From assembly GCA_964016885.1 (NCBI GenBank), contig OZ024740.1, forward strand, positions 300,700,001 through 300,764,000: 64,000 bases of DNA, given 5' to 3'. Position numbers and translations under genes: made by a program. The DNA comes from Eledone cirrhosa. Its lineage: Eukaryota. This document shows positions 1 to 15,882 of this stretch, one piece after another (the first letter of the stretch is position 1; the number at the start of each line of letters is the position of its first letter). The notes beneath the pieces were generated by a model. The model searched no databases and had not been told where the DNA came from. It was given only the letters and a program-made list of their open reading frames with translations.

Positions 1-1373
1 GGGGTGTAAGATTGTCGGTTTTGGATACCTCTAGAAACAGATAAATTAAACTCAGGTAACAAAATCAGTTCGATGTAGGAAGAAGGGAGATAAAAGAGGA
101 AATAGATAAAAGAAGTGTAAAATGAAATGAAATGACGTTATCTTGGAATCAATTTATCAGTCTCTATATTTCAGATTCCTCATCCAACATGAAGTTGGTT
201 CCGAAGGAACTTAGAAGATTTGTCGGATAGGCCGTGTGTTCCGAGCGCCGGCGTCAGACTGATTGAAATAAGCGCTCTTACAGTAATTCTCCTACAGTAA
301 TCAAAGGTATTTATGCTTAAGAATATCACAGATTAATGCCTCCATCTTCGTTTGAATATTACCTCGATTTCCTCTAAGGCACAGAATCTAATAATTTCTT
401 TGCCTAAATAAATATATTCGTGGCCTTTCGTAATTGGTGTAAATTCTTAAAATTTGAAACTTAGCACATTGTCTAATTATAAGTTGAGACACTAGTAAAC
501 AGTCGACCCAATCTTTTTTGATTATACATACACACATTCAACATCAGCATACTGTACTTAACAGAGGTTTGTTTTAGCTGAAATATAAGTGCTTGTAATA
601 TATGCCTGTGTACTGAGAATTCCGGAGAAAATATTCCCCTTCAATGTTTTAAATTTGTTTATTCGTGTCATTTCATATAATTCGCCCATTTAAACATTAT
701 TTTATTATTGAATTCAAATTAAGAGGTGACAAATGTTAGATACGAATAAATACTTTCCATGATATATGGTGTACTCAGATATATACCATTTCATAAAATT
801 TACATCAAAGAATGAAATTTACTTGGTGTAGCATCTGCAAACTTTAGTAGTAAAATATGTTATAATCTTCATGCATCTTACAAAGGAGACACGATGGAGG
901 TGTCGTATGTACACTACATGTGGAACAGTTGGAATTAGGAATGCTAGAATACATTTCATATTAATTTTGAGATATAAGGGCGGCAAATCAGTATACTAGG
1001 CGTTATAAGAACCTTTGAAACTCTATCATTGTCGACTGAAATGTTTACAAAACCTGGCAAAACTACAATGATTAGAATGCTGCAAACTCTTCATTATCCT
1101 CAATTTATAGCATCATTTTCTGTTTCCCGCCAAGAGAAATTTATTAACTGTTCATTTGTTTATGTATTGATTAATAATACATTCCGTGTTCCGTGTTTCC
1201 CTTACATCAACATGTGCAGTAAACAGTACGTTTTATTTAATTCTCTCTTTCTGAAACGAACGCAGGTTTGCAAGTCACGGTTAATAGAAATATTTCCATT
1301 GAGATATATAATATAGTATTTCAGTAATAAACAGCGAGAGATGAATTATTTAATAGTATGCAATAGAAAAAAA

Positions 1374-1557
1374 TAATTGTTACTACTATTGGCACAAGGC
1401 CAGCAATTACCCAGTACATTACTGGTACTTTATTTTATCGACCCCGTAAGAATGAAAGGCAAAGTTAACCTCGGCGGGATTTGAACTCAGAATGGCAAGG
1501 GCCGTAACTCTATGCGTCAAAGCATGGCATCCGACCCTCAACCGATACTGCCAATCC
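1374..1557 (-). mobile_element. tRNA-derived SINE (family A), near full length
   Basis: Minus strand reads A-box-like TGGCAGTATCGG, B-box GAGTTCAAATCC, then the body ctttgcctttcat...ggggtcgataaaataaagtaccag...ggccttgtgcc. Same family at 14348, 16086 and 54715. Possible TSD aaaaaataat. Confidence 0.85.
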
Positions 1558-2513
1558 CAAAAAATAATGAGCGTTTGCAGCAAAGAATATTGACAGTAGA
1601 ATGTTTATGTGCCTTCAGTATAGGCAAGGAATCAAATTAATTAAAATTTCCAGCATACCGATGAGAACAATTATTACATAAATAGGTATTTCTCATGGGA
1701 AAATAAGTTCAATAACATTAGATACATATGGAATTAAGTGTTGATTGCAATGGATTTTTAAGATTATGTAGACAATTCCACATACATTTCGGGATATTTA
1801 GTGAAACAGTCTAACCGTAACTACACACTGATAGCAAGAATATGGTTTTATAAACTTCTGTTGAATGAACAAATACAAGCATCATTTGTGTGCACTGTCA
1901 CTGTCTCATACACGAAACCTTACAAAATATCCATATGTAACAGACATTATCGATAAAAACATATCATCGGTATATTTCAGTGATCTTGTTTATTACTTGC
2001 TTTAAATACAGTTATATAGTAGCATTGAAAACAATATTTATAATATACAAGTAGCGTATGTTATACGGTGTTGGACCTGAACTGAAGTGAATGTAAGTGG
2101 GGTATTTTTCTCAAGTCTTGAACATAAATGACCTCCACTTTTAAGTTATAATGCCAGATTATTTCATCGATCTATCATTTGCTTGATTGAATATTATTCT
2201 CGTAACTCTGAACTGATTTTTAGAATTATATCCTTTTTGAAACGAATTGGAGTATGGCTCAAATATTTTATCTATCGATATTTGGCACAATCCTAACCAA
2301 TCATCTCACAGAAGACCAATTTATTAATGCAATAGAGACAAACACATTCTTGACTGTGGGATTGTGTATAGGCATGTGTAGATATGTTCATGTATAAATG
2401 TGTTTATATATGTGTGTTTCTGTTTATGTGTAGAAATGTGCATAAATATACACACAATCCGATAATTCATGAGGTTAACAACATTTTAGCATTTATTATT
2501 ACTAAATGTACGT

Positions 2514-2617
2514 CGAAGTTAACTTTGCCTTTCATCCTTACCGGGTCGATAAAATAAAATACCAGTAATGAACTGGTTATGTGCTGGCCTTGTGCCAAAA
2601 GTAGAAACAATTATTAT
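2514..2617 (+). mobile_element. SINE family A, 5'-truncated
   Basis: gttaactttgcctttcatcctt...ggccttgtgccaaaagtagaaacaattatt matches the 3' half of the other copies. Confidence 0.8.
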
Positions 2618-2726
2618 TAAATATACTGGCTGCATACAAATAGGTTTTATTTTAAACGCTCTCATTAAAAACCCAATATTATGCATTTCTCCCAGTGCAT
2701 GCGATGTCATATATGCATACACACAA

Positions 2727-2975
<249 letters not shown>

Positions 2976-3055
2976 TAGGCGGTGAGTTTTATTGTAGTAC
3001 AATAAAGCAATGCAGATATCGGATAAGAAGCACTCTACAGTTTGTAGGACTGGAG

Positions 3056-3614
3056 TATACATAATATAAGATCAAAAGATGGTTAAAGGAGTTCCATGTA
3101 TTTTATTATGCGCATTTCAATTGAAATTGCCACAATACTTATCAACATACACTTTTTTTGACGTTAGAATATTCATCCACAATTATTATTTTTTCTCTCT
3201 ATCTTCATACATAAACTCCCTTCGTTAATTTTCAAATTCTTTTAATTTATACATTATCTTCCAACGGTTTTCAACCTCTCTATGTAAAACAATATATCTT
3301 CTCTCAGTTATAAAAACTATCTCTTTCTCTCTATCACCCATCTCTCCCTCTCATCTCCTCCCCTTTCTCATCCTTTCCACCCCACCTCTCTAAATAAAAT
3401 ATTTTTCCCGATATCACACATCAATCTAAAACCACTTTTCATATGTTGATTTAAAACTGCACTATCCACAAGTTTTTTTAGCCTTCATATCATGTTCTCC
3501 TGTTTTATCTGATGAAAACACAAATATTATTGCATGATGATGTTTGTTTTTGAAATGCGCATAATAAAATACATGGAACTCCTTTAACCATCTTTTGATC
3601 TTATATTATGTATA
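3056..3614. repeat. Inverted repeat (arms 3056-3120 and 3550-3614), PLE-terminus-like
   Basis: ~65-bp arms are reverse complements; the right arm overlaps a hammerhead motif. Confidence 0.85.
3501..3571 (+). ncRNA. Type I minimal hammerhead ribozyme motif
   Basis: tgttttat-CTGATGA-stem II (aaacacaaat...tgtttgtttt)-GAAA-tgcgca-TA-ataaaata. 8-bp stem I; palindromic stem III ATGCGCAT. Confidence 0.75.
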
Positions 3615-3668
3615 TATATATATATACAATATATTAACAAATGGAAACTATATTTATAAAACCATATT

Positions 3669-3733
3669 TATTTCATTATACATATTTCAAGGACACCAAA
3701 GCAAATTATGCTGCGCTTTCATCAGATAAAATA
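3669..3733 (-). ncRNA. Type I hammerhead ribozyme motif (mirror copy)
   Basis: Reverse complement of 3885-3949; tcatcag at 3719-3725. Confidence 0.7.
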
Positions 3734-3884
3734 TAATATAGATCAGTTTTATAAACAAATATTTATATACCCTTAAAGAATGCGACCATGTCTAAACGAC
3801 CATGTCTATCCGGGAGCTTCCAACCGACATGGTCGCATTATTTAATGGTATGTCAATATTTGTTTATAAAACTGATCTATATTA

Positions 3885-3949
3885 TATTTTATCTGATGAA
3901 AGCGCACCATAATTTGCTTTGGTGTCCTTGAAATATGTATAATGAAATA
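3885..3949 (+). ncRNA. Type I hammerhead ribozyme motif
   Basis: tattttat-CTGATGA-aagcgcacca...tggtgtcctt-GAAA-tatgta-TA-atgaaata; stems I and II pair. Confidence 0.75.
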
Positions 3950-4106
3950 AATATGGTTTTATACGTATAGTTTCCATTTGTTAATATATTGTATTTTTAC
4001 CTAATAATTTGTTGAGTGCTTTATATTAGTTATAAAAATATTTGCTTGTTGTATCCCAACAAATTAAATATAATTTCCACATATATATAAATATATATAT
4101 ATATAC

Positions 4107-4253
<147 letters not shown>

Positions 4254-4262
4254 TATATATAC

Positions 4263-5284
<1,022 letters not shown>

Positions 5285-5839
5285 TATATATATATACTGA
5301 TATGCCCATATTAATAATAGCTCCCACACACGCGTATTATCATGTGAGTTTGCATACTTAAACAGTTATATACGAGAGAAAGTAAGGGTGAGAGATAGTA
5401 AGTGATAGAGAAAAAGAAGATGGAAAGAGAAATGGATTTATAGTAAGAAAGTCTGAGTAGGAGATTTAATCCTGCTTGCATACTGACAGTACCTTTATAA
5501 TATTTAGATACCAATGTTCAAATCCCGTTATTTTGTTGTTTGATAACTGTTTAAATATATATATATAGCATATGGACAGTTCTTTCTGAAAACAATTACG
5601 ATGAGCAACTGCAGCTTTTCATGAAAATATTGAAATTGAGGCAGCTCGTCAGAAACTATATTGACCTAGATACAAAGACATTTCTTTCGAGGGTTATATG
5701 GAAATGCATGTTGTAATAACGGCATTCGAAGCGGCCACAGAATTAAAGCAGATTATAATACATATGATTTCAATACATGTTCACATACAGACACACACAC
5801 ACACACCTATGTATATATATATACATAACCACATACAAT

Positions 5840-6150
<311 letters not shown>

Positions 6151-6302
6151 AAATATTTATACACTGCTTTGTATTGAGTACCTTACTAACTGTGGTTACT
6201 CCCGATTGAAACCGGGATAAACTTATATAGATATATATATATAACCATATATATATATATATCTACCTATCTATCTATCTATCTATATATATATATATAT
6301 AC

Positions 6303-6382
<80 letters not shown>

Positions 6383-9136
6383 TTTTATATGTATACATAT
6401 ACATGTATGTGTGTGTATGTGGCTATGGGTGTGTGTGTGCATGTGTGTGCGTGTATAAATATATTTATACGTATATGATTTTTATAATTATTGTTATTAT
6501 GTTTATTTGTCCTGAAATTTTTAGCGATAAAAATATCTTGGCCTTTTGAATTCTCGTTCGTTTAATTTTTAGAAAGCATCAATCTAAAATTCTTATCATT
6601 CTTCAAACATATACATTTTTCATCTCTTAACGTTGTGAGAAATGGAATCGATTGGTGCAGGTTTTGCAATCAGCTATATTTGTCAATGAAATAATAACAT
6701 GATTAGCGTCAGAAGGTGGTGACTGGAAGTGTAAGATTCATGTTAGCAACTACAGAGTTCTGAAGAGAAATATATACAAACGGGATTCCAAATTTGTCAT
6801 TTATTAAGTACATCTTTACATTGTAGTTAAAGTTGCTTCAGTTTAAATAGTTGATGCATGACATCTCTGTCAGAGCTGACCTATCATCAAATACAACCTA
6901 GCTGTATACTTCTTTTTTAAACAATAGTGACATATTTACGGGAGTTTGGTTGTTATTTCTGGTAGGTGAATCAGTCACGTAAATTAATCTAGGCAAGTAA
7001 CGGATTTTCCATGAAATAGAACTAGCAGGAATTATGAAAATGATAAATACAACTCATTTGAGAGAATCCGGGGGAAATAAGAGTATAATAGTAGAATTCA
7101 ACATTTCAGATAGCAGTTTTGAATCATTGAATTTTAAATATGAAGTGGCAAGACAGAAGAGTATAAAATGGATTTGGAAGGTTGAATAGTATACTGGGGC
7201 CTGAGTGTAGTGGGTGGCAATAATTAGACAGACGGCTACTCAGTATAATTATAGGAACTAAGAGAGTAGTAACACACTAAATACGATATGGAATTGAGTG
7301 GATAAGGCCAAGTAGTATATTGAAGTAGCGAATATGCGGCTAAAGTAGGGTAGACAAGTGGTGTGAGTGCACAGTGTAGATTTTAAGACATTCAAGATAT
7401 AAATATTCATTATATATAGTGAAGACGTACAATGCCCACATAACGAATGTAAAATATGGTGAGTAGGAAAATGGGAACATGATAGAAGCGTTTAGAAGTA
7501 CAGATATACGCTAGAACAAGACCTTGTGTGAAATAAAACAAAATGCAAAAGTCTACGTGGAGAGGAACAAAAAAAGTATTCAACATATTCAAGTAATGAC
7601 CGAGGAAATTTTACGTTTTCCAATGATTCACCGACTCAGTTTGCTATTGTATATTTATATATTTCCATCAAAAGTTTACCTAAATTCTACAGCACTCATT
7701 TGATTACATCTCATGTTAAATTGATTCAGCAAAACAATTTAATGGAATACTATTTAATTAGTGGCCAATCTGAACGGAAGCCATTTAATTACCGGCCAAT
7801 CATTCTTGTTTTCAGTAATACATATTTAAACGATAAGATAAATAAATGAATATGTTACAGAAAATGTCCTGCCTGCCGAAAGTATTTCCTTATTGTCCTT
7901 CTAATGACTCCAAAGTATTTAGAATATTTTGGAGCAATGTTTTATCAATTGCAACCTCAAAATATGATGGAAGGTACTGTAATAAAATCGATTATTCATT
8001 TCTTATGGAAGGCACGTGCAGCAAGAAATATGCTGTAGATCCAATTATCAAGATCTACACAGTGGTAGCTATAATGACATTTGAAAAAGCTCGGGCTTTA
8101 TAAATGGACAGGTGTCGCAACAATGCAAATATTCAATATTATATTCTTCTTAATCACTGCATCAGTCGAAATCAAGCTGATATAAGACTTTCCAGCAATG
8201 ATGACTTCATAATTCTCCAATGATATCATTGCAAAATATATCTTAATTAGTTTATGAAAGTAGCGAGTGATTTTAATGACAATTTACTACCATTTCGTGT
8301 TGTTTCAATGTTCACGTACACAGTCCTCTCAAATTGTTGTAACTTCTTCATCTGAATTCCTGTCTACGGTTGCTGGTCAGGAATGGCTGCCAGAAATTAG
8401 TAATAATTAAATAAAATATGAGCCTATTCAATGAAAGAAACCTCGAAGCCTTACTGCTCTTCAAGACATCTTCGTAAATAATATTTGAATTATCGGCAGG
8501 AATGGATTAATTTCAAGATATTTTGGTTGTGAGCAAACAACAATTTCGTCTTCACGTTATTTTACTACAAATAGACAATAATTAAATCTATTTCACAGAC
8601 CCGTCCCATAAGGCATACATATGCCCGTGCACAAACACACATACATAACCACACTTAGATGGAAACACAACACAAATGGGAACATACAGAAATTGGAAAA
8701 CCTAATTATTTCAAACAGTAATTTCACTCATTCTTTCTTTCTAGTTATATTGCTTGGCATAACGCTATTTGCTATTATTTTGTTCTATGTTAAATTCGTC
8801 CTTTTCACGTCATCTCTAATCGAATTTCCCAACTGTAAAGTCTTTGTCTCTAAAGAATGAAGAAATTGGGAAGAATTCACTAGTAAATAGAAGAATAAAT
8901 ATAAAATATTAGAAGACAGTAAAATGCAGAAAATTGAAAGCGGAAAGAAGTGGTAAAAATGAGAAAATAAAATAAACTACAAGATGACAAAATAATTAAA
9001 AAACAAAACTACACAGTAATGACGAAACTCAAGAATGAATTGAAAGAATATAAATGACGAAAGAAGGTAGGAAATTATTGTTGAAAATAGAATGAAGAAT
9101 AAAGTATAATATGGTAGTAATTGAGAACATATAGTT

Positions 9137-9184
9137 GGTGATGATGATAGTGATGATGACGACGACGATGATGATGATGATGAC

Positions 9185-9223
<39 letters not shown>

Positions 9224-9305
9224 AATGCAGAAGAAGAAGAAGAAGAAGAAGAAGAAGAACAACAACAACAACAACAAAAAACAACAACAACATAGAACAA
9301 GAAGA
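9137..9305. repeat. Compound microsatellite (GAT)n(GAA)n(CAA)n
   Basis: Directly visible. Confidence 0.95.
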
Positions 9306-9685
9306 AGAAATATCAAATAACTAAGGAAGAAACGATAGTGGAAGAATGTGAACACTAAAAAGGAAAACAATCTTGCTAGAAGGCGGACTAAGAAGGGGAG
9401 GAAAAGGAGTATAAAAGTGAAGAAAAAGGGGCAAGTCTGGAAGATAGAAAATAAAAAAATTTAAAGGGGCTAAGAAACACGAGTAAAAAGAATAAGTTAC
9501 AGACGTTATTGATAAGAAGAAACAGGAGAGGGGAAAGACAAAAATTCGTCTATTTTAAAGACGAAATAGATTAAAAAAACAACAAACAATCAGAGAGAAA
9601 GAGAGAAGGAAAAGGAATAAGAAATTGCGAAAGAATAATTACAAAGAAATATTAAAAATGAAGAAGAGAGTAGTAGTATTATTAT

Positions 9686-12600
9686 TAAGAGTAGGAAGTT
9701 TAAATGTTCGCGGCCTGGGGTCACCCTGGAAGCAGGGTCGCCTGTTCAACGACCTCCGGTCGCTGGAAATGGATGTGATTGCCGTAAGCGAGACCAGAAT
9801 TTCCGACACGCGCGCACTAGCCCCCAATTTCGGCGACTATCAGATCTTCGCATCTGTTAGCAGGCCGGGAATGGTGAGTGGGGTGGCAGAGCTGTTTAGG
9901 AAAGGACTGGATCTCGAGGTAAGGTTGATCTTCCGGGTTCCGGGACCCGGACGGTAAGTTGGTGGTCTTTGTTGTGAGCAGTAGCGAAGGTGGTGCCTTT
10001 AGACTGCTGGCCGTCTACGCCCCTACAGGGGCCGGACGACCTGACTTCTTTAGGCGCCTGGAGACCTTTCTGGGTACGTCTCGCCCATTAATGTTAGCGA
10101 GGGACTGGAATGGTATCTTAGACGCACGCTGGGATTGTGTGGGAGTAGCCGATAGGAGCGGGGGTGCAAAAGCCTCAAGCACCTACTCAGCCAGTTCCAA
10201 CTGTCTGACAGGTATCGACTAGATTTCCCCAATGTGCCAGTATGGACATGGACCAACCGAATGGGGTCATCTAGATCGTATATAGACAGAATCTTCATTA
10301 GGAAAATAGATAGAAATAGTGTGGGCTGTCCACTTTTTAAAACGGTCGCCTATTCAGATCACAAATTTGTGATCTGTACGGTCGACCTAAATAAAATGCG
10401 TAGGTTAGGACCGGGTTACTGGAAGCTGAATATGTCATTTCCGGCACGTAAGGCTTACAGGGACCGAGTCAACAATTTAGTTAAGCAAAAGTTGACAGGG
10501 GGATCATCAACAACAGATGTTGGGTGGCTCTCAAAAGAGAGGTTAGAGTAACTTCGATAGAGTTCAGCAAAGGACTAGCGTTAGATAAAAATAGAAAGGA
10601 GGGGGAGCTGGTAGATAAGTTAGACGAGGCTACTTGTAGTGGCATCGCAACTGACGTGCTAGCGGCGAGAATGACATTAGACCATTTCTTCAATGCCAAA
10701 CACGAAGGTTGCATGGTCAGAGCTAAGGCGCGTGCGCTGAGAAACGAGGGAACTTAAGCTGTTCGATGGGCCCGCGTGACAGAGGCGCAGCGTGGTAATA
10801 AAACTAACAATTCGGTCTTTGGCGGACCGAGAAGGACACGAGATAAGCGATTCCAAGCGGATGTGTGAGGCCTTTCGCCAGCACTTTGCTGGGTTGTTCG
10901 GGGAGAGTGGCGAATCAGAGAGAGTAGCGGATTTCAGTCCCTATCTTGACGGCTTGCCGTGCATCTCGACGGTCGACGCTGAGCGCTGCGAAAGGCCGAT
11001 TACTTCAGCCGAAATTCAGGACGCCCTTGTCAGCTGCATGAGGCGTAAGTCACCCGGTTTGGATGGCCTGCCCTACGTTCTTTACATAAATATGCCAGAC
11101 TTGTTCTCCGAACTCTTCGAAGCACTCTACTGCAACTGGCAGCAGAATGGGAGTATTCCCAGTTCTGTAAGCAGGGGAGTGGTGACGCTGATAAGGAAAG
11201 ACCAGAACAAGAGGGATACTTTAGACAACTTCAGGCCCATAACTCTTCTCAACACAGAGTTTAAGATTTTGACCAAGGTGTTAGCAAAGAGATTGGCGCT
11301 CGTCGTCGAGGATTTGGTTGGAGAGGCGCAAACTATCGCAATCCCAGCCAGGTCCATACACGACAATCTCCACCGTATGCGATACATAATAGAGAGGGTT
11401 AGGGTGTAAACCTGGCTTCAGTGGGGCATTGATCAATTTCGATCAATCGAAAGCATTCGATAGTGTCGACCATCGGTATCTGGAGTTTTTCCTCAGAGCA
11501 GCTGGCTTCGGCCCTGTCTTTAGAAGCTGGATCGTTGCAATGCACAGCGGCACACGCTCGGTGGTCAAGGTTAATGGCCACCTCTCGGAACCATTTCGGC
11601 TCTCCCGATCGGTCCGTCAATGGTCCCCTCTCTCTTCCCTTCTGTACGTATTGACTCTCGAGCCTTTACTGCGGAAGCTGGAGCTGTTGCGGGGCATCCC
11701 GCTCGAAACGGGACGTGGAAAGGCGGTGTCGGCTTATGCGGACGCCATCACCGTGATGGTGTCGAACACCTCAGAAATCGAGGTGGTCGGCACCTTACTG
11801 AATAATATGAAAGGTTGACAGGAGCCAAACTTAACCCGGAAAAGTCGGTGGGCTTGCAGCTCGGAACCTGGTGAGGCAAGCCCATGCCGCACAACAGCGT
11901 CGTGGGGCGCTGGACGGACGGACCGGTAAATTTGCTCGGGGTTTGGTTCGGACCAGACCTCCAGGTGGAAAAGAATTGGGACGAGGTAACGAGCAGAGTA
12001 GCCAGTCTCACCCAAAAATGGGCTGGGAGGAAGCTATCACTGAAAGGTCGCGTGGAGGTGGCGAATGCGTACATCGCGTCCGTCATCTACTACCGCCTGA
12101 CCGTCGTGCCTTGCCCCCGTTCGGCCCTCGTCAAGTTGGAACGGCTCCACTTCAAATTCTTGTGGAAGGGACATGTTCCGTTGGTGAGGCGGTCCATCTG
12201 CTGCCAGCACCCTCTACGCGGAGGGCTGGGCATGCCGTGGCTAATGATGCGCAGACAAGCATTGAAGCTGCTGCATCTCCAGATATTCTGCCTCAACGGT
12301 GAACAGGTGTGGTCGCCGTTTATCATACGGGCCTTTCCGCAGCTCATTTCTTTGACTGAGCTGCAGTCCTGGGTCAAGAAGAGACCGAGACTGGGTGACT
12401 GGCACCTGGATTGTTGCCAGCCACTCACTGCCCTCTACCAAGCGGGCAATGCGATCAGTGGAACTTCCACTCTCGAATTCTATAGAGGATTACTTGTGGG
12501 CAAGTGCGATGACGCACTCGGAGAAGCTTTGGGCCTCGACGAAGTCGAACTGACCAGTCTGTACCGGAGGACTTTTGAGCCGGGGACGATGGACCATTTC

Positions 12601-13381
12601 CAAAAATCCCTCGCTTGGCAGTGCTACCGGGCGGCATTGCCGGTTTGGGGTAATCTCTACAGGCACGGAAGTGCTGTCAGACGGACCTGCCCAAGATGTG
12701 CACAGAAAGACGAAACCGTTCTGCACGCACTTGTCCAATGTCCGTGTATTACTGACTTGTGGAGTTATGTCGAACAGCTACTGTCGCGTGTGGAACGAAT
12801 CCGGCTATCGGCCGAGTCCATAGTGAAGATCGATCCACCGCCTTCCTTAGGTCAGGAAGAGCAGGAAATTTTCCTATGCCTGGTAGCAGTTGCGAAAGAG
12901 ATTATATGGTGGACCAGGTTGAAAGGACTAAAGACAGACACTTTTCTCTTCGGCCAATCCCTCATCAATTTCTTCAAGTTTCACCTGGAAAGGAAGGTGA
13001 GGGTGGAGAGATAAGTGCTTCCCCCCAGTACATTTGCTAAAAGTTGGGTGAATGTGGCGAGAATAGCTCGTGTGAATGGGCCTACTCTGACCATGCGCCT
13101 ATAGTCTAGCTAACTTGGGGAGAGGGGTGCTCTCCCTGGGTGCCCTAGAAGCGGAGGGTGGTTCATGATTGGTAGGGTACCCGAATCACCCCATGGTCGT
13201 CTACCCCCTATCGGGGAATTTATCTTGTTATATTTATGCAGAGTTTATTTTATATTTTTTTATTTTCATTGTTAAATTAGTGTTGCCATTGTGCACTTTT
13301 ACTCGACCTTATTGTAAACCCCACTGTCCCTGTCTTTGTATTGTCCCTTACATGTCGGCCCTTGTGGCTAATAAATGAAAT
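9686..13381 (+). mobile_element. L1/Tx1-clade non-LTR retrotransposon, 5'-truncated, with disrupted ORF2 (APE endonuclease, RT, C-terminal zinc knuckle)
   Basis: EN motifs SLNVRGL, VSETR, VYAP, DWNG, YIDRIF, SDH, GPGYWKLN. RT motifs KSPGLDGLP, FRPITLLNTEFKIL, DQSKAFDSVDH, VRQWSPLS, YADA. CPRC...ETVLHALVQC. AATAAA at ~13370 followed by (ATT)n. Several frameshifts and stops. Confidence 0.93.
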
Positions 13382-13404
13382 CATTATTATTATTATTATT
13401 ATTA

Positions 13405-13499
<95 letters not shown>

Positions 13500-13685
13500 T
13501 GTAGTAGTAGTAGTAGTAGTAGTAGTAACTGCAGCAGAATTAGGAAAAGAAGACAAGGAGAAGAAGAAGAAGAAGAAGAAGAAGAAGAAGAAGAAGAAGA
13601 AGAAGAAGAAGAAGAAGAAGAAGGGCACACTGAGGAAGGGGAGGAAGAGGATAAAGAGGAGGAAAGGAATAATAATAATAATAAT
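13382..13685. repeat. Compound microsatellite (ATT)n(AGT)n(GAA)n
   Basis: Directly visible, 3' of the LINE. Confidence 0.95.
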
Positions 13686-13771
13686 TGTTTCTACTTTAGG
13701 CACAAGGCCAGCAATTACTCAGTGCATTACTGGTACTTTATTTTATCGACCTCGTAAGGATGAAAGGCAAA
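13681..13771 (-). mobile_element. SINE family A, 3' fragment
   Basis: ggcacaaggccagcaattac...ggatgaaaggcaaa. Confidence 0.8.
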
Positions 13772-14347
13772 TAATAATAATAATAATGAATAAATGAATG
13801 AATATAGTCAAATGAAGAAGAAACAAAATTTAAAAAATGACAAAATAAAATAATACATAAAAAAGAAATAAATTAATAAGAATGGGAAAAATGATTTCGT
13901 AAATATATATACAATATAAAAACAACCTCACCAATGAAAAACAAAATATATTTGTGTTTCTTGAAAAAAGTATTATTTATGCCAGTTATTGGACATATAA
14001 TTAAATGTACATTTAAAAGTTAATCATGAATACATTATAGTTGAGGAAAATAAAACATGGCACAATGGCTAATAATAGTTTAATCGTTATGAAATGTACG
14101 ACAGATAATTTCTGACATATTTCCGCCTTATTGAACATTCTCAGTGAACAATAGGTTCCATTGAACTTGCCAATATAATGAATGGGAAAGTACGATATAT
14201 TCGAAAAATGAGTTTTTCAAATAAAATAAAATAACTGATGATTATGATGTATAGTTGCCATCTACATGGCATTAAATGAACTATTTTTATTTTATTATAT
14301 GGAATGCTCCTCGAATAATTTGCCTTGGGTATTTAAGTTTAAATAAT

Positions 14348-14532
14348 TGTTTCTATTTTAGGCACAAGGCCAGCAATTACCCAGTGCATTACTGGTACTT
14401 TATTTTATCGACCCCGTAAGGATGAAAGGCAAAGTTAACCTCGGCGGGATTTGAACTCAGATCGTAAAGACACGTAACTATGCTGGAAAGCATAGCATCC
14501 GACCCTCTACCGATACTGCCAATCCACCGCCA
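14348..14532 (-). mobile_element. SINE family A, full length with 14-bp TSD
   Basis: TSD taagtttaaataat at 14334-14347 and 14533-14546; starts ggcggtggattggcagtatcgg on the minus strand. Confidence 0.9.
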
Positions 14533-15449
14533 TAAGTTTAAATAATGTAAGACAAATTCAACCACTATGCAATAATTTGAACATAATATCTTACCTGAAG
14601 ATTACCCTGTCGAACAATCTATTTCGGTGTAAACTATTTAGCCTGTATGCGGTCGCTATGTATATTGGAAATAGACGAGTAGTCCTTTTAACATACAAAT
14701 CCGCCATATAAATGTAACAACGTATTCGTTAAAAAGAAATTCAGAAGAAAATATCCACAATTAGGATAGTTTTAAACTAATTGTTCTAACAAAGGAATGT
14801 ACGCGTGCCACACGAAAACAACAACATTGACAACACGAAGAAAATGCAAAATATAAATGTTAACTTGTTTGAGATCATACTAAAATAGTTTTCAATAGAT
14901 GCATTTAAAATTCGCACACGCATATACACTCAAGGTACACACTCACACAAGTACCCACAAACACATCCATACAGAGACACAGACACATATACAGACACAT
15001 ATACAGACACGCAAACACACACACACACACATACACACACACACACACACCTACACACATACACACACACACACAAACAGCACACACACTCAAACACACA
15101 CACACACATATATACATATATATATACATATATGTATTAGAAAGTTAATCTGGGGAGTAAAAGAATTGTGCCGAGAAGCGATTCTGCTTAAGTCTGTGTT
15201 ATAGAAGGTGGCTTCACTAGCCTATAGCTAATTTTAAATCTAACGCAGTTAATATTCTTAGCACGTTTAGATTCGCACTTCCCTTAAGGTCATAAAGAAC
15301 GGCAGATGTTTAACCGGCTCACAATGAAATTGGACTGATCGTATACTAAATATACAAAATCCTAGTTTGCTAATAAACGCAAGAACCTTCTACACTCCGA
15401 ATGCTCACGCAGATGGCCAGAAACATACCACTGACCTACAGTTCAACAT

Positions 15450-15790
15450 TCCAATGGTAACACATGAAGCAGACGTCATCTGCACCTACAAGAACCACCG
15501 AACACAAGCCTGGATTTAAGTAGGTGTGACAGAGAGCCGTTTTAAAATGTTTTTCTGAACAATGAAATGACCTTCACTCGTGCTCAGAAGATGCATACCC
15601 CGCCAGCAGCTGTGAAACATCTTATGTAACCCCAAAGAAAAAAGGCACAGAATGCTCTATAAATTGAAGATACTGGAAAAACCCGCACTATATTTTCTAT
15701 CGATGTCAACATGAATCTAGATTATTTCTGGAAGGTCCAGGCCACATGAAATTCGTGATGTTACCCTTGTTTCGTGCTTCGCGTCATTTC
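15450..15790 (+). pseudogene. Decayed Penelope-like GIY-YIG endonuclease fragment
   Basis: WI*VGVTESRFK...KEKGTECSIN*...ILEK resembles the PLE pattern YIGxTExxFKxR...IxWxIL; broken by stops and frameshifts. Confidence 0.5.
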
Positions 15791-15811
15791 ATTCTGAACA
15801 CGACTTCTGCC

Positions 15812-15882
<71 letters not shown>

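Larger units (their letters stand above)
3627..3992. repeat. Long palindrome with a hammerhead motif in each arm
   Basis: ~165-bp arms are near-perfect reverse complements around a centre at ~3800-3825. Confidence 0.9.

Noticed and set aside
1-470. Possible PLE endonuclease C-terminus on the minus strand
   Set aside because: Similarity (FQILR...FCALEE) is too weak and the region is cut by the window edge.
7846-8200. Possible exon or piggyBac relic (minus strand YLPSYFEVAIDKTLL)
   Set aside because: Only a faint motif with many stops; not supportable without a search.
14348-14532. tRNA genes at A/B-box motifs
   Set aside because: The boxes are SINE heads with a shared body, tail and TSDs; no full cloverleaf.
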